From positions 1 through 64,000 of IMG/VR virus record IMGVR_UViG_3300032046_000001: 64,000 nucleotides of DNA. One strand, written 5' to 3'. The notes below the pieces were generated by a model. It made no database searches, was not told the DNA's origin, and worked only from the letters and a program-made list of their open reading frames with translations. A program made the position numbers and the translations under genes. This document shows, piece by piece, positions 1 through 8,037 of the stretch (within the stretch, counting starts at the first letter, position 1; every line of letters begins with the position of its first letter).

Positions 1-484
1 CTGTATTAAGTATGTCAATCTTATTATCAATAATATTAACTTCAGTATTTATATCATTTGTTGTATTAATAATTACGTCTGATTTATTATCAATAATATC
101 AATTTTTTCATTAAGATTAGTACAATCAGTTGATAGAATGTCAATCTTATTATCGATAATATTTGTTGTATTAATAATTATATCCGATTTATTATCAATA
201 TCTGTAACTATATCCAAGATACTTGTAGTATCAGTATTATTGATATATATCTCTTCGCTGGCATATAATGGTTCGTCTTGACCATCATCCCACAATATAA
301 TTAAATTAACAGGATCATCAAAATTTATATCAACACCATAAATTCCAGAATCTATTTGAACTTCAAATACTCCAGATGTTGTACGGGATTGATAAGTTGA
401 TCCATCACTATTGATGAGGGTATACCCAACTGTTGTTAATCCAGAATAATCGAAACCAAAATTCACACTTCTTAGAATATACAT
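1..484 (-). CDS. Putative virion structural protein with coiled-coil repeats (3' end runs off the window)
   Basis: Manual translation from the ATG at 484 gives MYILRSVNFGFDYSGLTTVGYTL..., open to the window edge, with repeated IDNKSD(I/V)IINTTN and IIDNKIDIL units. The listed + ORF 12..281 is its antisense shadow. Confidence 0.7.
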   Translation of the reverse strand, partial: MYILRSVNFGFDYSGLTTVGYTLINSDGSTYQSRTTSGVFEVQIDSGIYGVDINFDDPVNLIILWDDGQDEPLYASEEIYINNTDTTSILDIVTDIDNKSDIIINTTNIIDNKIDILSTDCTNLNEKIDIIDNKSDVIINTTNDINTEVNIIDNKIDILNT

Positions 485-485
485 A

Positions 486-1112
486 TCAATATTCCTTATA
501 AAAATGATTATAAATATGATTCCACGATTTTCCATTTTTTATATACGAAACCATTACCGTTGAAATATCATATAATTTTGATATTTCAATATTTTTAAAT
601 CCCAATTTAATCAACATGTGAATTTGATGTATTTGTTTTTCTATTAATTTTGAAGGTCTATTTTCTTTAAGTATTTCACTCAATTTATTTTTATGTTCTT
701 CTGATAATTTTTTATCTTTATGTGATTCACTCATTTTCTTTTTAGATTCTTCTGAAAAATATTTACCAATATGATGTAATTGTTGATGTTCTCCATGAGA
801 TATCAATTCGAGATTATTTAAAATATTATTTTCTTTTATTTCATCTTTATGATGAACATCACACTCTTCTGTTATTTCTCCAATAAAAGTTTCATACATT
901 AATCTATGAATTTTAAATGTTTTTGTTTTATTTTTTTTGTATAATTTGATATTAAAATAATATTTAATATCTTTATACTGTTTTAATATTTTTTCTTTTC
1001 CAAATTTTAATGATTTAACTCTACCTAAATTACTAATCATATAATCTGGATAATCTTTTATAATTTTCCAAACTTCATTTTCTAAATCTAAATTATTATA
1101 ATTATCACTCAT
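486..1112 (-). CDS. NUMOD4-HNH homing-type endonuclease with NUMOD3 and C-terminal HTH
   Basis: EVWKII..YPDYMISNLGRVKS (NUMOD4), HRL...DVHHKDEIKENNILNNLE..H (HNH), SEESKKKMSE (NUMOD3). Confidence 0.9.
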   Translation of the reverse strand: MSDNYNNLDLENEVWKIIKDYPDYMISNLGRVKSLKFGKEKILKQYKDIKYYFNIKLYKKNKTKTFKIHRLMYETFIGEITEECDVHHKDEIKENNILNNLELISHGEHQQLHHIGKYFSEESKKKMSESHKDKKLSEEHKNKLSEILKENRPSKLIEKQIHQIHMLIKLGFKNIEISKLYDISTVMVSYIKNGKSWNHIYNHFYKEY

Positions 1113-1211
1113 TTTTTAAATTCTCCAGTTTGAATTTTACCAGTAAATAAAATTATAAGAGAGCGGGATTACTGGTTATCCTTTTCGAGTGATCATCTCT
1201 ATCTCTCTTAT
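1113..1211 (-). ncRNA. Structured leader RNA element, copy A (three-way junction plus pseudoknot), upstream of an HNH gene
   Basis: Minus strand reads AUAAGAGAG AUA GAG-AUGAUCA-CUC GAAAA GGAU-AACCAGUA-AUCC CG CUCUCUUAU ... UACUGGU ... ACUGGAG ... AUG. The same architecture recurs at three other loci with compensatory changes. Confidence 0.75.
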
Positions 1212-1264
1212 TATTTTTAGGTTGTTAATCAACTATAATCTTTACAGTTTTTATCATCTTATCC

Positions 1265-1816
1265 TCATACTAAACTTTCAACCTTACAACATCCAGATGT
1301 TCTAAATTTTAATAAACTACTCAAATCATCATTAACCGTAAGACTTAAACGATCTAACGTTCTACCAATTAATTTTACTGGTTCTGCGTATACTAATCTC
1401 ATTTTTAATATTGAATTTGTTCCATCTCCGCAAAATTGAACAATATCAGTATTTGAGATTGACATAAAATCAAATAAATCTTTGATATTGTAAGTAGCCC
1501 TAATTTTTTCATCTTGAATTCTGTTATACACGATCCCGTTTGTTAATTTGGTAAGATTTAATAATTTATTATATGAAAGATTTGGAAATGTCGCATTTTC
1601 AGTTGCTCCTACAACAGTTGTAATACCAGTGTATGGTCCAACTAATGTAAAATTTAAGGAACATATATAGACAATTTCATCAGGTAGTGGATCTAGTATA
1701 AAGATAATAGGACCACCCGTTTCTTGAATATGAATATAATCAAGGAAAAAATCAGGAGGTGGAGACCCAATTACCTGCACTCTTAATTGATTGATCGTTT
1801 GTTCAATTAAATTCAT
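1265..1816 (-). CDS. Putative structural protein, C-terminal part (in frame with 1844..2374 across one TGA)
   Basis: The 27-nt gap to the upstream ORF is in frame and open (QKFTIPLSN). There is no SD before the ATG at 1816. Confidence 0.6.
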   Translation of the reverse strand: MNLIEQTINQLRVQVIGSPPPDFFLDYIHIQETGGPIIFILDPLPDEIVYICSLNFTLVGPYTGITTVVGATENATFPNLSYNKLLNLTKLTNGIVYNRIQDEKIRATYNIKDLFDFMSISNTDIVQFCGDGTNSILKMRLVYAEPVKLIGRTLDRLSLTVNDDLSSLLKFRTSGCCKVESLV

Positions 1817-1843
1817 ATTTGATAATGGAATGGTAAATTTTTG

Positions 1844-2374
1844 TCAGACATTTAATGTAGTAATATTTATATAATTTGCAATATTTACAGCTATTCCAAC
1901 AATTGTTCCAGTTGTAGTATTCCATCCGTATATATTTACATACTTAGTTCCAGTTCCCCACGAAGTAATATAAATCCATCCAGTGATTGCCGTGTATCCT
2001 GTAAAATCAAAAGATCCAGCACCTGGTGTCATTGACATTGTATTGTTTGTTGCCGTTGCGCTCCCATCAATTGATTTAGTTCCATTATAATGTTGTGTTG
2101 TTGAAGCAAAATTCCACGTACCTGAAATTGCAGATGTATTCCATTCACCAGAACCAGAACCGACATTTTCATTATAAACAAGAACAGGAGTTCCTCCAAA
2201 TGTCGCATTTTGATTCATTTCGATTCCGTATGTTGTATTTAAAAAATAATGAGATTGGAATTCATATTCTGTTAAATTTCGGGTAGCACAGATTAACGCA
2301 TTACCATATTGATTATTAACATCTACTTTCGCCGAATCACCAGTTTTGATATCTGTGATAATTGATTTAATCAT
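1844..2374 (-). CDS. Putative structural (tail-associated) protein, N-terminal part
   Basis: T/G/S/N-rich, beta-type composition. The N-terminus resembles that of 2397..2945 (D..TG..AKV). Confidence 0.6.
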   Translation of the reverse strand: MIKSIITDIKTGDSAKVDVNNQYGNALICATRNLTEYEFQSHYFLNTTYGIEMNQNATFGGTPVLVYNENVGSGSGEWNTSAISGTWNFASTTQHYNGTKSIDGSATATNNTMSMTPGAGSFDFTGYTAITGWIYITSWGTGTKYVNIYGWNTTTGTIVGIAVNIANYINITTLNV

Positions 2375-2396
2375 TCATTCACCATCTGATATTTAA

Positions 2397-2945
2397 CTAA
2401 AAAGCTTCATGAAAAAATATAGATAGCGTCATATTGATCTTAATACTTCCAGTCACTGCTGAAAAAGCAATTGAGGTATTTTTTGGAACTATAAAGTTAC
2501 TTATCCAATCAATATTGATCATGCCAACAGTTCCTCCATTAATTACAAGTCGATCAACTGTATTTCCACCAGTTAATCCTGTGATATTATTTCCTACAAC
2601 ACATTCAGCGTCGGCAGTATTTGCCGACCCGCAGTATTTATTAATTGGAACATAGGTCGTTCCAACTGCGGTTCCTATTGGTAGTAAAACAAAATTTATT
2701 GCCTCAACACTTGGTGTATAGAGCTGAATCGACGTAATGATTAAATCATCATCTCCTGTATTTTTCAAATAAAAGAAATAATAACCAGCTCCACCCGGAG
2801 TTTGTTCAATAACACAATTATATGCGCGTCTTTCTACGTGGTTTACATGGTGTTCAACTGGTGAACTTATTGATAGTGTTTCCAAAAAATTTTCATCATT
2901 TACTTTAGCTCGGTGTCCTGTTCCTGTTCCATCATCTATCGTCAT
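2397..2945 (-). CDS. Putative virion structural protein
   Basis: ORF with SD GAGG, G/T-rich beta composition, structural-gene neighbourhood. Confidence 0.55.
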   Translation of the reverse strand: MTIDDGTGTGHRAKVNDENFLETLSISSPVEHHVNHVERRAYNCVIEQTPGGAGYYFFYLKNTGDDDLIITSIQLYTPSVEAINFVLLPIGTAVGTTYVPINKYCGSANTADAECVVGNNITGLTGGNTVDRLVINGGTVGMINIDWISNFIVPKNTSIAFSAVTGSIKINMTLSIFFHEAF

Positions 2946-2980
2946 GTTTTTATTACCTCTTGATTAAATTGTTAATTTTT

Positions 2981-3199
2981 TTAGATTATATCTGATTCTT
3001 CTAATACGTCATCTGTTAATAAACTCAAATGGGTTCTTATTAATTTAAGTTCTAATAACATCTCTTGAAAAATATCAATCATACTCAGATTATTTATCTG
3101 TAAAGAACCATCATCATATCCTTTCAAGTTTATTTTTTCATCTTCTTGATTCAAAACCTTTAAAGTCTGAGGTGGTGCTGGCGTTGGTGTTGCACTCAT
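2981..3199 (-). CDS. Hypothetical protein
   Basis: SD AAGGAG precedes MSATPTP (ATG at 3199) within ORF 2981..3223. Confidence 0.55.
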   Translation of the reverse strand: MSATPTPAPPQTLKVLNQEDEKINLKGYDDGSLQINNLSMIDIFQEMLLELKLIRTHLSLLTDDVLEESDII

Positions 3200-3209
3200 A
3201 AATTCTCCT

Positions 3210-6200
3210 TTAGTCACTTTCAAGCATCAAAGATGTAAAATACGCATTTAGTAAATCTCTTGCTGGATTAGCTTTTGGATATCTATATTCAGCATGTCCA
3301 GTTTGAATAATATCACTTATAATCTCGTTCTTTGTTATGTGATCGTCAGACATCGGACCAAATAATTCTTGAAGAGCTAATAAACAACCATAAGAAATGA
3401 AACTGAGAGATTCTTGTTCACCCAATCTTTGACCACCTTCGTGTCCTTTACCAGCAGTTGGTTGTAAAACTTTTCCAATAACTGGACCTGTACTACGAGA
3501 GTGAACCTTCATGTCACCCATATGCTCAAGTTTATAAATATACATATAACCGAATGGACACTCATATGAAGTATACGTCTTATACTCTGGTAAATATATT
3601 TTATATTTTGATTTTAATCCAAGTATCTTAAGAACATCACGAATCATTTTAAAATTTGGACCCTTAAATGGTGGAACTATGATTGGAAACGCATAATTCT
3701 TTTTAATTTGTTCCCACATAATTCCCATCTGAGAGTCACTTAATTTAGCCACATTATTGAGAAATCCAGTACTTATGGCCTGATTTTTCGATGTATCTAA
3801 CATTGGAAGAACTTTTCTTGCTATATCTAAAAATTCTCTTTTATTTTTAGTCTTTAAGAAAATTTCAGCTAACTTTCTTGATATTAAACCACAATACATC
3901 TCGTATACTTGTCCCATATTCATACGACTTAATATACCAAGTGGATTAATGATAAAATCAAGTTTTTCACCCCAAGGTGTTCTTGGCATTAATTCTTCTT
4001 TTTCAATTAAAGAAATTATTCCCTTATTTCCATATCGATTACAAAGTTTATCTCCAAGATTAATTATAAGTTCTTGTCTTATTTTAAATCGAATCAAGAT
4101 ACCTTCGATAACTTTACCACGATTGGTATATTTTTCTTTAGGAGGTTTATTATATTTTTTATCGGTTCTTTCAATTAGTCCATTTAACTGTATGAATTTA
4201 TTTGGATCTTCAATGTTTGAAAAAACCTCAATTTCTGCAATTAAACCACCAGGACTTTTTTTAATATATTGACCTGCTGTGATATCAGTTGTTTCGTCTT
4301 CTTCAAAACCAATCAACTCTTCAATTTCACCAATTGTTTTTCTAAGTAATGGTTCACCACGAGTTGTCATTTTACCCATATCATTTACATAGAGAAGTCT
4401 ATCTTTTTCTGATAATGTGATATCTTCTTCAACAAGATGTAATGATGTCAATTTATCTTCTTTAACCAATCTCTCATTAATAACAACACCATCATCAAAA
4501 TTATAACCTTTGTATGGAAAGATTGAAACGGCAAGTGTTCTACCAAGTGATATCATTCCATTACTGATAGAACTACCCTCGGCAATAATTGAGTCTTTTT
4601 TAACTTGTTGTCCTTTTTTAACAACTACATTAAACATACTCAACGTGTTTTTACCACTACCAGATTTTAATGGGACAGGAGTAATATTAACTTGACTCTT
4701 TTTACCATCTTTACAAATCATTGTGATCTCATCATTCGTTATTTCAGAGATACGACCATCACATGGTGCCCTCTTGATAAAACTATCAGAAAGAACACTT
4801 GGTAATATAGATTCATATCCTGTTTGAACTATAGGTGGTTCTGGATTTTTTAATGGTAATATTTGTCTTGATTGTGCAGCAGCCATGATAACTCTAGCAC
4901 CTTCATTATTTTCAATGAAAGGAATCATACATGTTGATGTACTGAGCATACCCGACTTTTCACTATTATTAAGCTCCTTAACCTTGATTAAGCCACGCGC
5001 AGATGTAAGATGGGCATCTATACTTAGTTGCTGTATAATGCCGATATTTGGACCTTCAGGTGTGTCTAATGGATCAATATTTCCAAAGTATGTACTATGA
5101 ACATTTCGAGATTCCATTTGAACTGCCTCTTTTCCAGGAATACCACCAATTGATTTTCCAACTGGTGATACTTTGGATAAAGTTGCCATCTCTTCAAGAG
5201 GATTACCATATTCCATATTAACCACAATTTCAGAATTTATAAAGTCAGATATGACCTTAGTTGGAACAATCTGAAATTTTGCATTCTTATTTCCAGCTAA
5301 TACTTGTTCTTTATAGTTGGTATAAGCAGCCAATATTTGTTTTTGTGCCAAGTGAACCAGAATTTCAGAATTTCGAATTCTCTGATTTGATAAATCATTT
5401 CTGGCTTGAACATAACCAGATATAACACGTTGTGCCATATACTTCATAATTTCATCAAGAGTTATTGGTAAATTTTGATTCATCAATACTTGACGAACAA
5501 CAGGATCAACGATATTATCAAGATTTGTTCTAACTTTATAAGTTGAATTTATTTTACCTGTAATTTTGATAATTAAATCATTAAAATATTCGTTAGTTCC
5601 AAATGGTTTGTCAATTTTATATTCGCCAACTTTAGCTCTAATAAAAGAATTCACAATTTCTTTTTTCAATTCAGTATCAACGTTCTCAAAAATTACAGTT
5701 GTATCTGAATTAATTTTAACTGCCAATTCAGCCTTTCTTGGTTTAGATTTTGATATGGTATATTTGATTCCAAAATCTTTCAAAACTTTATCAAATCCAA
5801 AACTATATGCCATCAAAACAAGAAATGGAAGTTTATAAGAGGCAATATATATTTCCAAATAATTTATCTTTTTTGTTTTCTTACTCCAAATATGAAAACT
5901 CGAATATGAACTTTCAAATTTAGCATCATATGGTTTTGGAAAAGTAATCGGATTTAATATAATTTGATTAATTAGACATTTCTTTTGTCCATTAATTCTG
6001 AATGTTCCCGACACTGGATCAATTTTTGGTAGTTCAATTTTAATCTCTTGAACATTACCGTTTAGATCCTTTAATTTAACTATCAACATAACTTCATCAG
6101 ATTTTTCAATTTCACCATACTTCATTGGTTTATCAACTATATTTAAAGACTCTACTTTAAGAGGTACTTCTTTAGTTTCCAATATTTTAAATGAATTTAA

Positions 6201-7313
6201 CATGTCTTTTTTCAAATTAATCTCAAAATCAATCTGGCGTTTTTTGAAGAGATGTGTTGGTGATTTTTCATCAACCATTTTTGGAATATTCATTGATTGA
6301 TTTACTATATTTTCAGAAGTTATGATTGTTTTTTCCTGTGGAATAATTTCATCAGCAAAGTTTTTATCAATAACTTTTAATGCAGATTCTACCTTATTTT
6401 TAGGAATCGCATCAATAATTTTAGTCGCTCTTATAATATTACCAGAAGTTTTATGTAGGATTGAACTGGCAGCTAATTTAACGATATCCTCATATGGTAC
6501 TTCTTTGGCCAAAAATCGATCTATTTTTCTCGGATCTGTTTTAAGATAAGAGACAACTGAACTTTTAACCGCTTCTTTATTTTCAGGCTTAATGAGTTTA
6601 TTATCAATTACTTTATTTGTAATTCTTCTTGATATATCATCAATTTCATTTTCAGTTTCTTCATCAATATCAATCGGAGTTATTTTACGTAACAAAGTTA
6701 TTATTTTATTTATTTGAAATTCTTTATTTTTAAAAATTAAACGATACGTTGTATTATTTTCACCAACCATTGCAAAAACAACATAATCAAATGGAAATTC
6801 AACTTTTTCATCCTTCAACATCTGAAGTATTGGAAAGAACTTCCTATTAACAAAAGAATTCATGTCTTTTGTTAAATCAACAGAATATATTAATACTTTT
6901 TGATAATTTTGTGGGAATGATAATAAAAGATTAAAACTATTTTTAATTAATACTCCAGATCGTTGACGATAATTAGTTGGTCTAAATAATGCGTCAATTT
7001 TTCCAAGATACTGTGATAAATCAAAAATAAAACTTTTATTTTCAGGAATACGTTGTTTCTGTGAATATGGTAATAAACCTAATTGTTTATATTCTTTAAT
7101 CAATTCAGTTGTAGCAATAGTACGTGGTATTTTTGTAATCGGAACAACAACTATTCTAAAATCAGCAAGTCTTAATCCAAGCTTTGGATAATCATCAACA
7201 AATCTACCATTCTCAGAAAAGTATGTGAGTAGATATGGATTATTTGGAATCAGAGGAAACGCGAGAGAATTCGCAACTTGTGAATATAATCTAAAATTAC
7301 TAAATCTTATCAT
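3210..7313 (-). CDS. rpoB: Phage-encoded multisubunit RNA polymerase beta subunit
   Basis: RNVHSTYFGNIDPLDTPEGPNIG, GYNFDDGVVI, GDKLCNRYGNKG, NPLGILSRMNMGQ, YKLEHM..KVHSRS, GGQRLGEQE. Confidence 0.95.
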   Translation of the reverse strand: MIRFSNFRLYSQVANSLAFPLIPNNPYLLTYFSENGRFVDDYPKLGLRLADFRIVVVPITKIPRTIATTELIKEYKQLGLLPYSQKQRIPENKSFIFDLSQYLGKIDALFRPTNYRQRSGVLIKNSFNLLLSFPQNYQKVLIYSVDLTKDMNSFVNRKFFPILQMLKDEKVEFPFDYVVFAMVGENNTTYRLIFKNKEFQINKIITLLRKITPIDIDEETENEIDDISRRITNKVIDNKLIKPENKEAVKSSVVSYLKTDPRKIDRFLAKEVPYEDIVKLAASSILHKTSGNIIRATKIIDAIPKNKVESALKVIDKNFADEIIPQEKTIITSENIVNQSMNIPKMVDEKSPTHLFKKRQIDFEINLKKDMLNSFKILETKEVPLKVESLNIVDKPMKYGEIEKSDEVMLIVKLKDLNGNVQEIKIELPKIDPVSGTFRINGQKKCLINQIILNPITFPKPYDAKFESSYSSFHIWSKKTKKINYLEIYIASYKLPFLVLMAYSFGFDKVLKDFGIKYTISKSKPRKAELAVKINSDTTVIFENVDTELKKEIVNSFIRAKVGEYKIDKPFGTNEYFNDLIIKITGKINSTYKVRTNLDNIVDPVVRQVLMNQNLPITLDEIMKYMAQRVISGYVQARNDLSNQRIRNSEILVHLAQKQILAAYTNYKEQVLAGNKNAKFQIVPTKVISDFINSEIVVNMEYGNPLEEMATLSKVSPVGKSIGGIPGKEAVQMESRNVHSTYFGNIDPLDTPEGPNIGIIQQLSIDAHLTSARGLIKVKELNNSEKSGMLSTSTCMIPFIENNEGARVIMAAAQSRQILPLKNPEPPIVQTGYESILPSVLSDSFIKRAPCDGRISEITNDEITMICKDGKKSQVNITPVPLKSGSGKNTLSMFNVVVKKGQQVKKDSIIAEGSSISNGMISLGRTLAVSIFPYKGYNFDDGVVINERLVKEDKLTSLHLVEEDITLSEKDRLLYVNDMGKMTTRGEPLLRKTIGEIEELIGFEEDETTDITAGQYIKKSPGGLIAEIEVFSNIEDPNKFIQLNGLIERTDKKYNKPPKEKYTNRGKVIEGILIRFKIRQELIINLGDKLCNRYGNKGIISLIEKEELMPRTPWGEKLDFIINPLGILSRMNMGQVYEMYCGLISRKLAEIFLKTKNKREFLDIARKVLPMLDTSKNQAISTGFLNNVAKLSDSQMGIMWEQIKKNYAFPIIVPPFKGPNFKMIRDVLKILGLKSKYKIYLPEYKTYTSYECPFGYMYIYKLEHMGDMKVHSRSTGPVIGKVLQPTAGKGHEGGQRLGEQESLSFISYGCLLALQELFGPMSDDHITKNEIISDIIQTGHAEYRYPKANPARDLLNAYFTSLMLESD

Positions 7314-7990
7314 TTCTTCTTCTCCGCTATCGTTCCTGTTAAAACTTTTTCTAAAATTGTTTTCTCACCAGACACATCCGAAATTAATCCAGTATTGATT
7401 GATTTTCCTATATTCTCAAATGCCAAACCTTGTACGAAACCAGACTGGAAAACAATATCTTTCATATTAATAAGAACTGGATTCCACTTTTTTCCTAATC
7501 TGGCTGGTATTGATAAATTATTTTTATCTCGAAGAGCATTGCTAATTAAGACTTCTTGATGAACTAAATCCATTCCAGAAACATCTTTAAAAGCGTTGTT
7601 CAATTTTAAGATTAAATGGTCAACATCTTTAAAAATTTCACGACCACCCATTAATCTTTCAACAAACGCAACTTGTTTTTTAACATCTTCAACTTCAAGA
7701 CTGGCTTCCAATATTATAGATTGTTCTGGATAATTAAGTTTAATTTCTTTACTGTCTTTCACCATATCACTAATTTGAACAGTGACGGCATAATCTAAAA
7801 TTATATGAAATTCAAGATCCTTAAATATGATTCTTGAAATTAAATTTTTGACCCATATAGTTCCATCGTCTTGATTAATATTTATAGAGTCTTCAAGATC
7901 ATAGTCTTCTAAATTAATTATCAAAGTACATGGTTTGACACAATTTAGAAAGTTTTCATTTTGGTAAATATAATCTGTTATTTTCTTCAT
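7310..7990 (-). CDS. rpoC: RNA polymerase beta' subunit, C-terminal fragment
   Basis: DLVHQEVLISNALR (cf. KHIEVIVRQM) and GFVQGLAFEN (cf. SFISAASFQE). It lies between the beta' N-fragment and beta and has its own SD AGGA. Confidence 0.75.
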   Translation of the reverse strand: MKKITDYIYQNENFLNCVKPCTLIINLEDYDLEDSININQDDGTIWVKNLISRIIFKDLEFHIILDYAVTVQISDMVKDSKEIKLNYPEQSIILEASLEVEDVKKQVAFVERLMGGREIFKDVDHLILKLNNAFKDVSGMDLVHQEVLISNALRDKNNLSIPARLGKKWNPVLINMKDIVFQSGFVQGLAFENIGKSINTGLISDVSGEKTILEKVLTGTIAEKKK

Positions 7991-8003
7991 TATTTGATTC
8001 CTA

Positions 8004-8037
8004 TATTTTAGATCGAGTAATGACTTTCTCTAAAATA
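8004..8037 (-). other. Hairpin in the spacer between the two beta' fragments
   Basis: TATTTTAGA-16 nt-TCTAAAATA inverted repeat starting immediately after the stop codon. Confidence 0.55.

Noticed and set aside
12-281. Plus-strand 89-aa hydrophobic ORF and the many other short plus-strand ORFs before 54.8 kb
   Set aside because: They are antisense shadows of minus-strand genes; the real gene here is the minus-strand ORF starting at 484.
1155-1211. Leader element as a hammerhead ribozyme or glycine riboswitch
   Set aside because: It has a three-way junction and GAAA after P2 but lacks the hammerhead CUGANGA core and the glycine-aptamer consensus. Self-cleavage still deserves a test.
1844-1846. 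Genome-wide UGA-to-Trp or other stop-codon reassignment
   Set aside because: Long conserved genes are intact under the standard code, Trp is encoded by TGG, and TGA, TAG and TAA all end genes at sensible positions.
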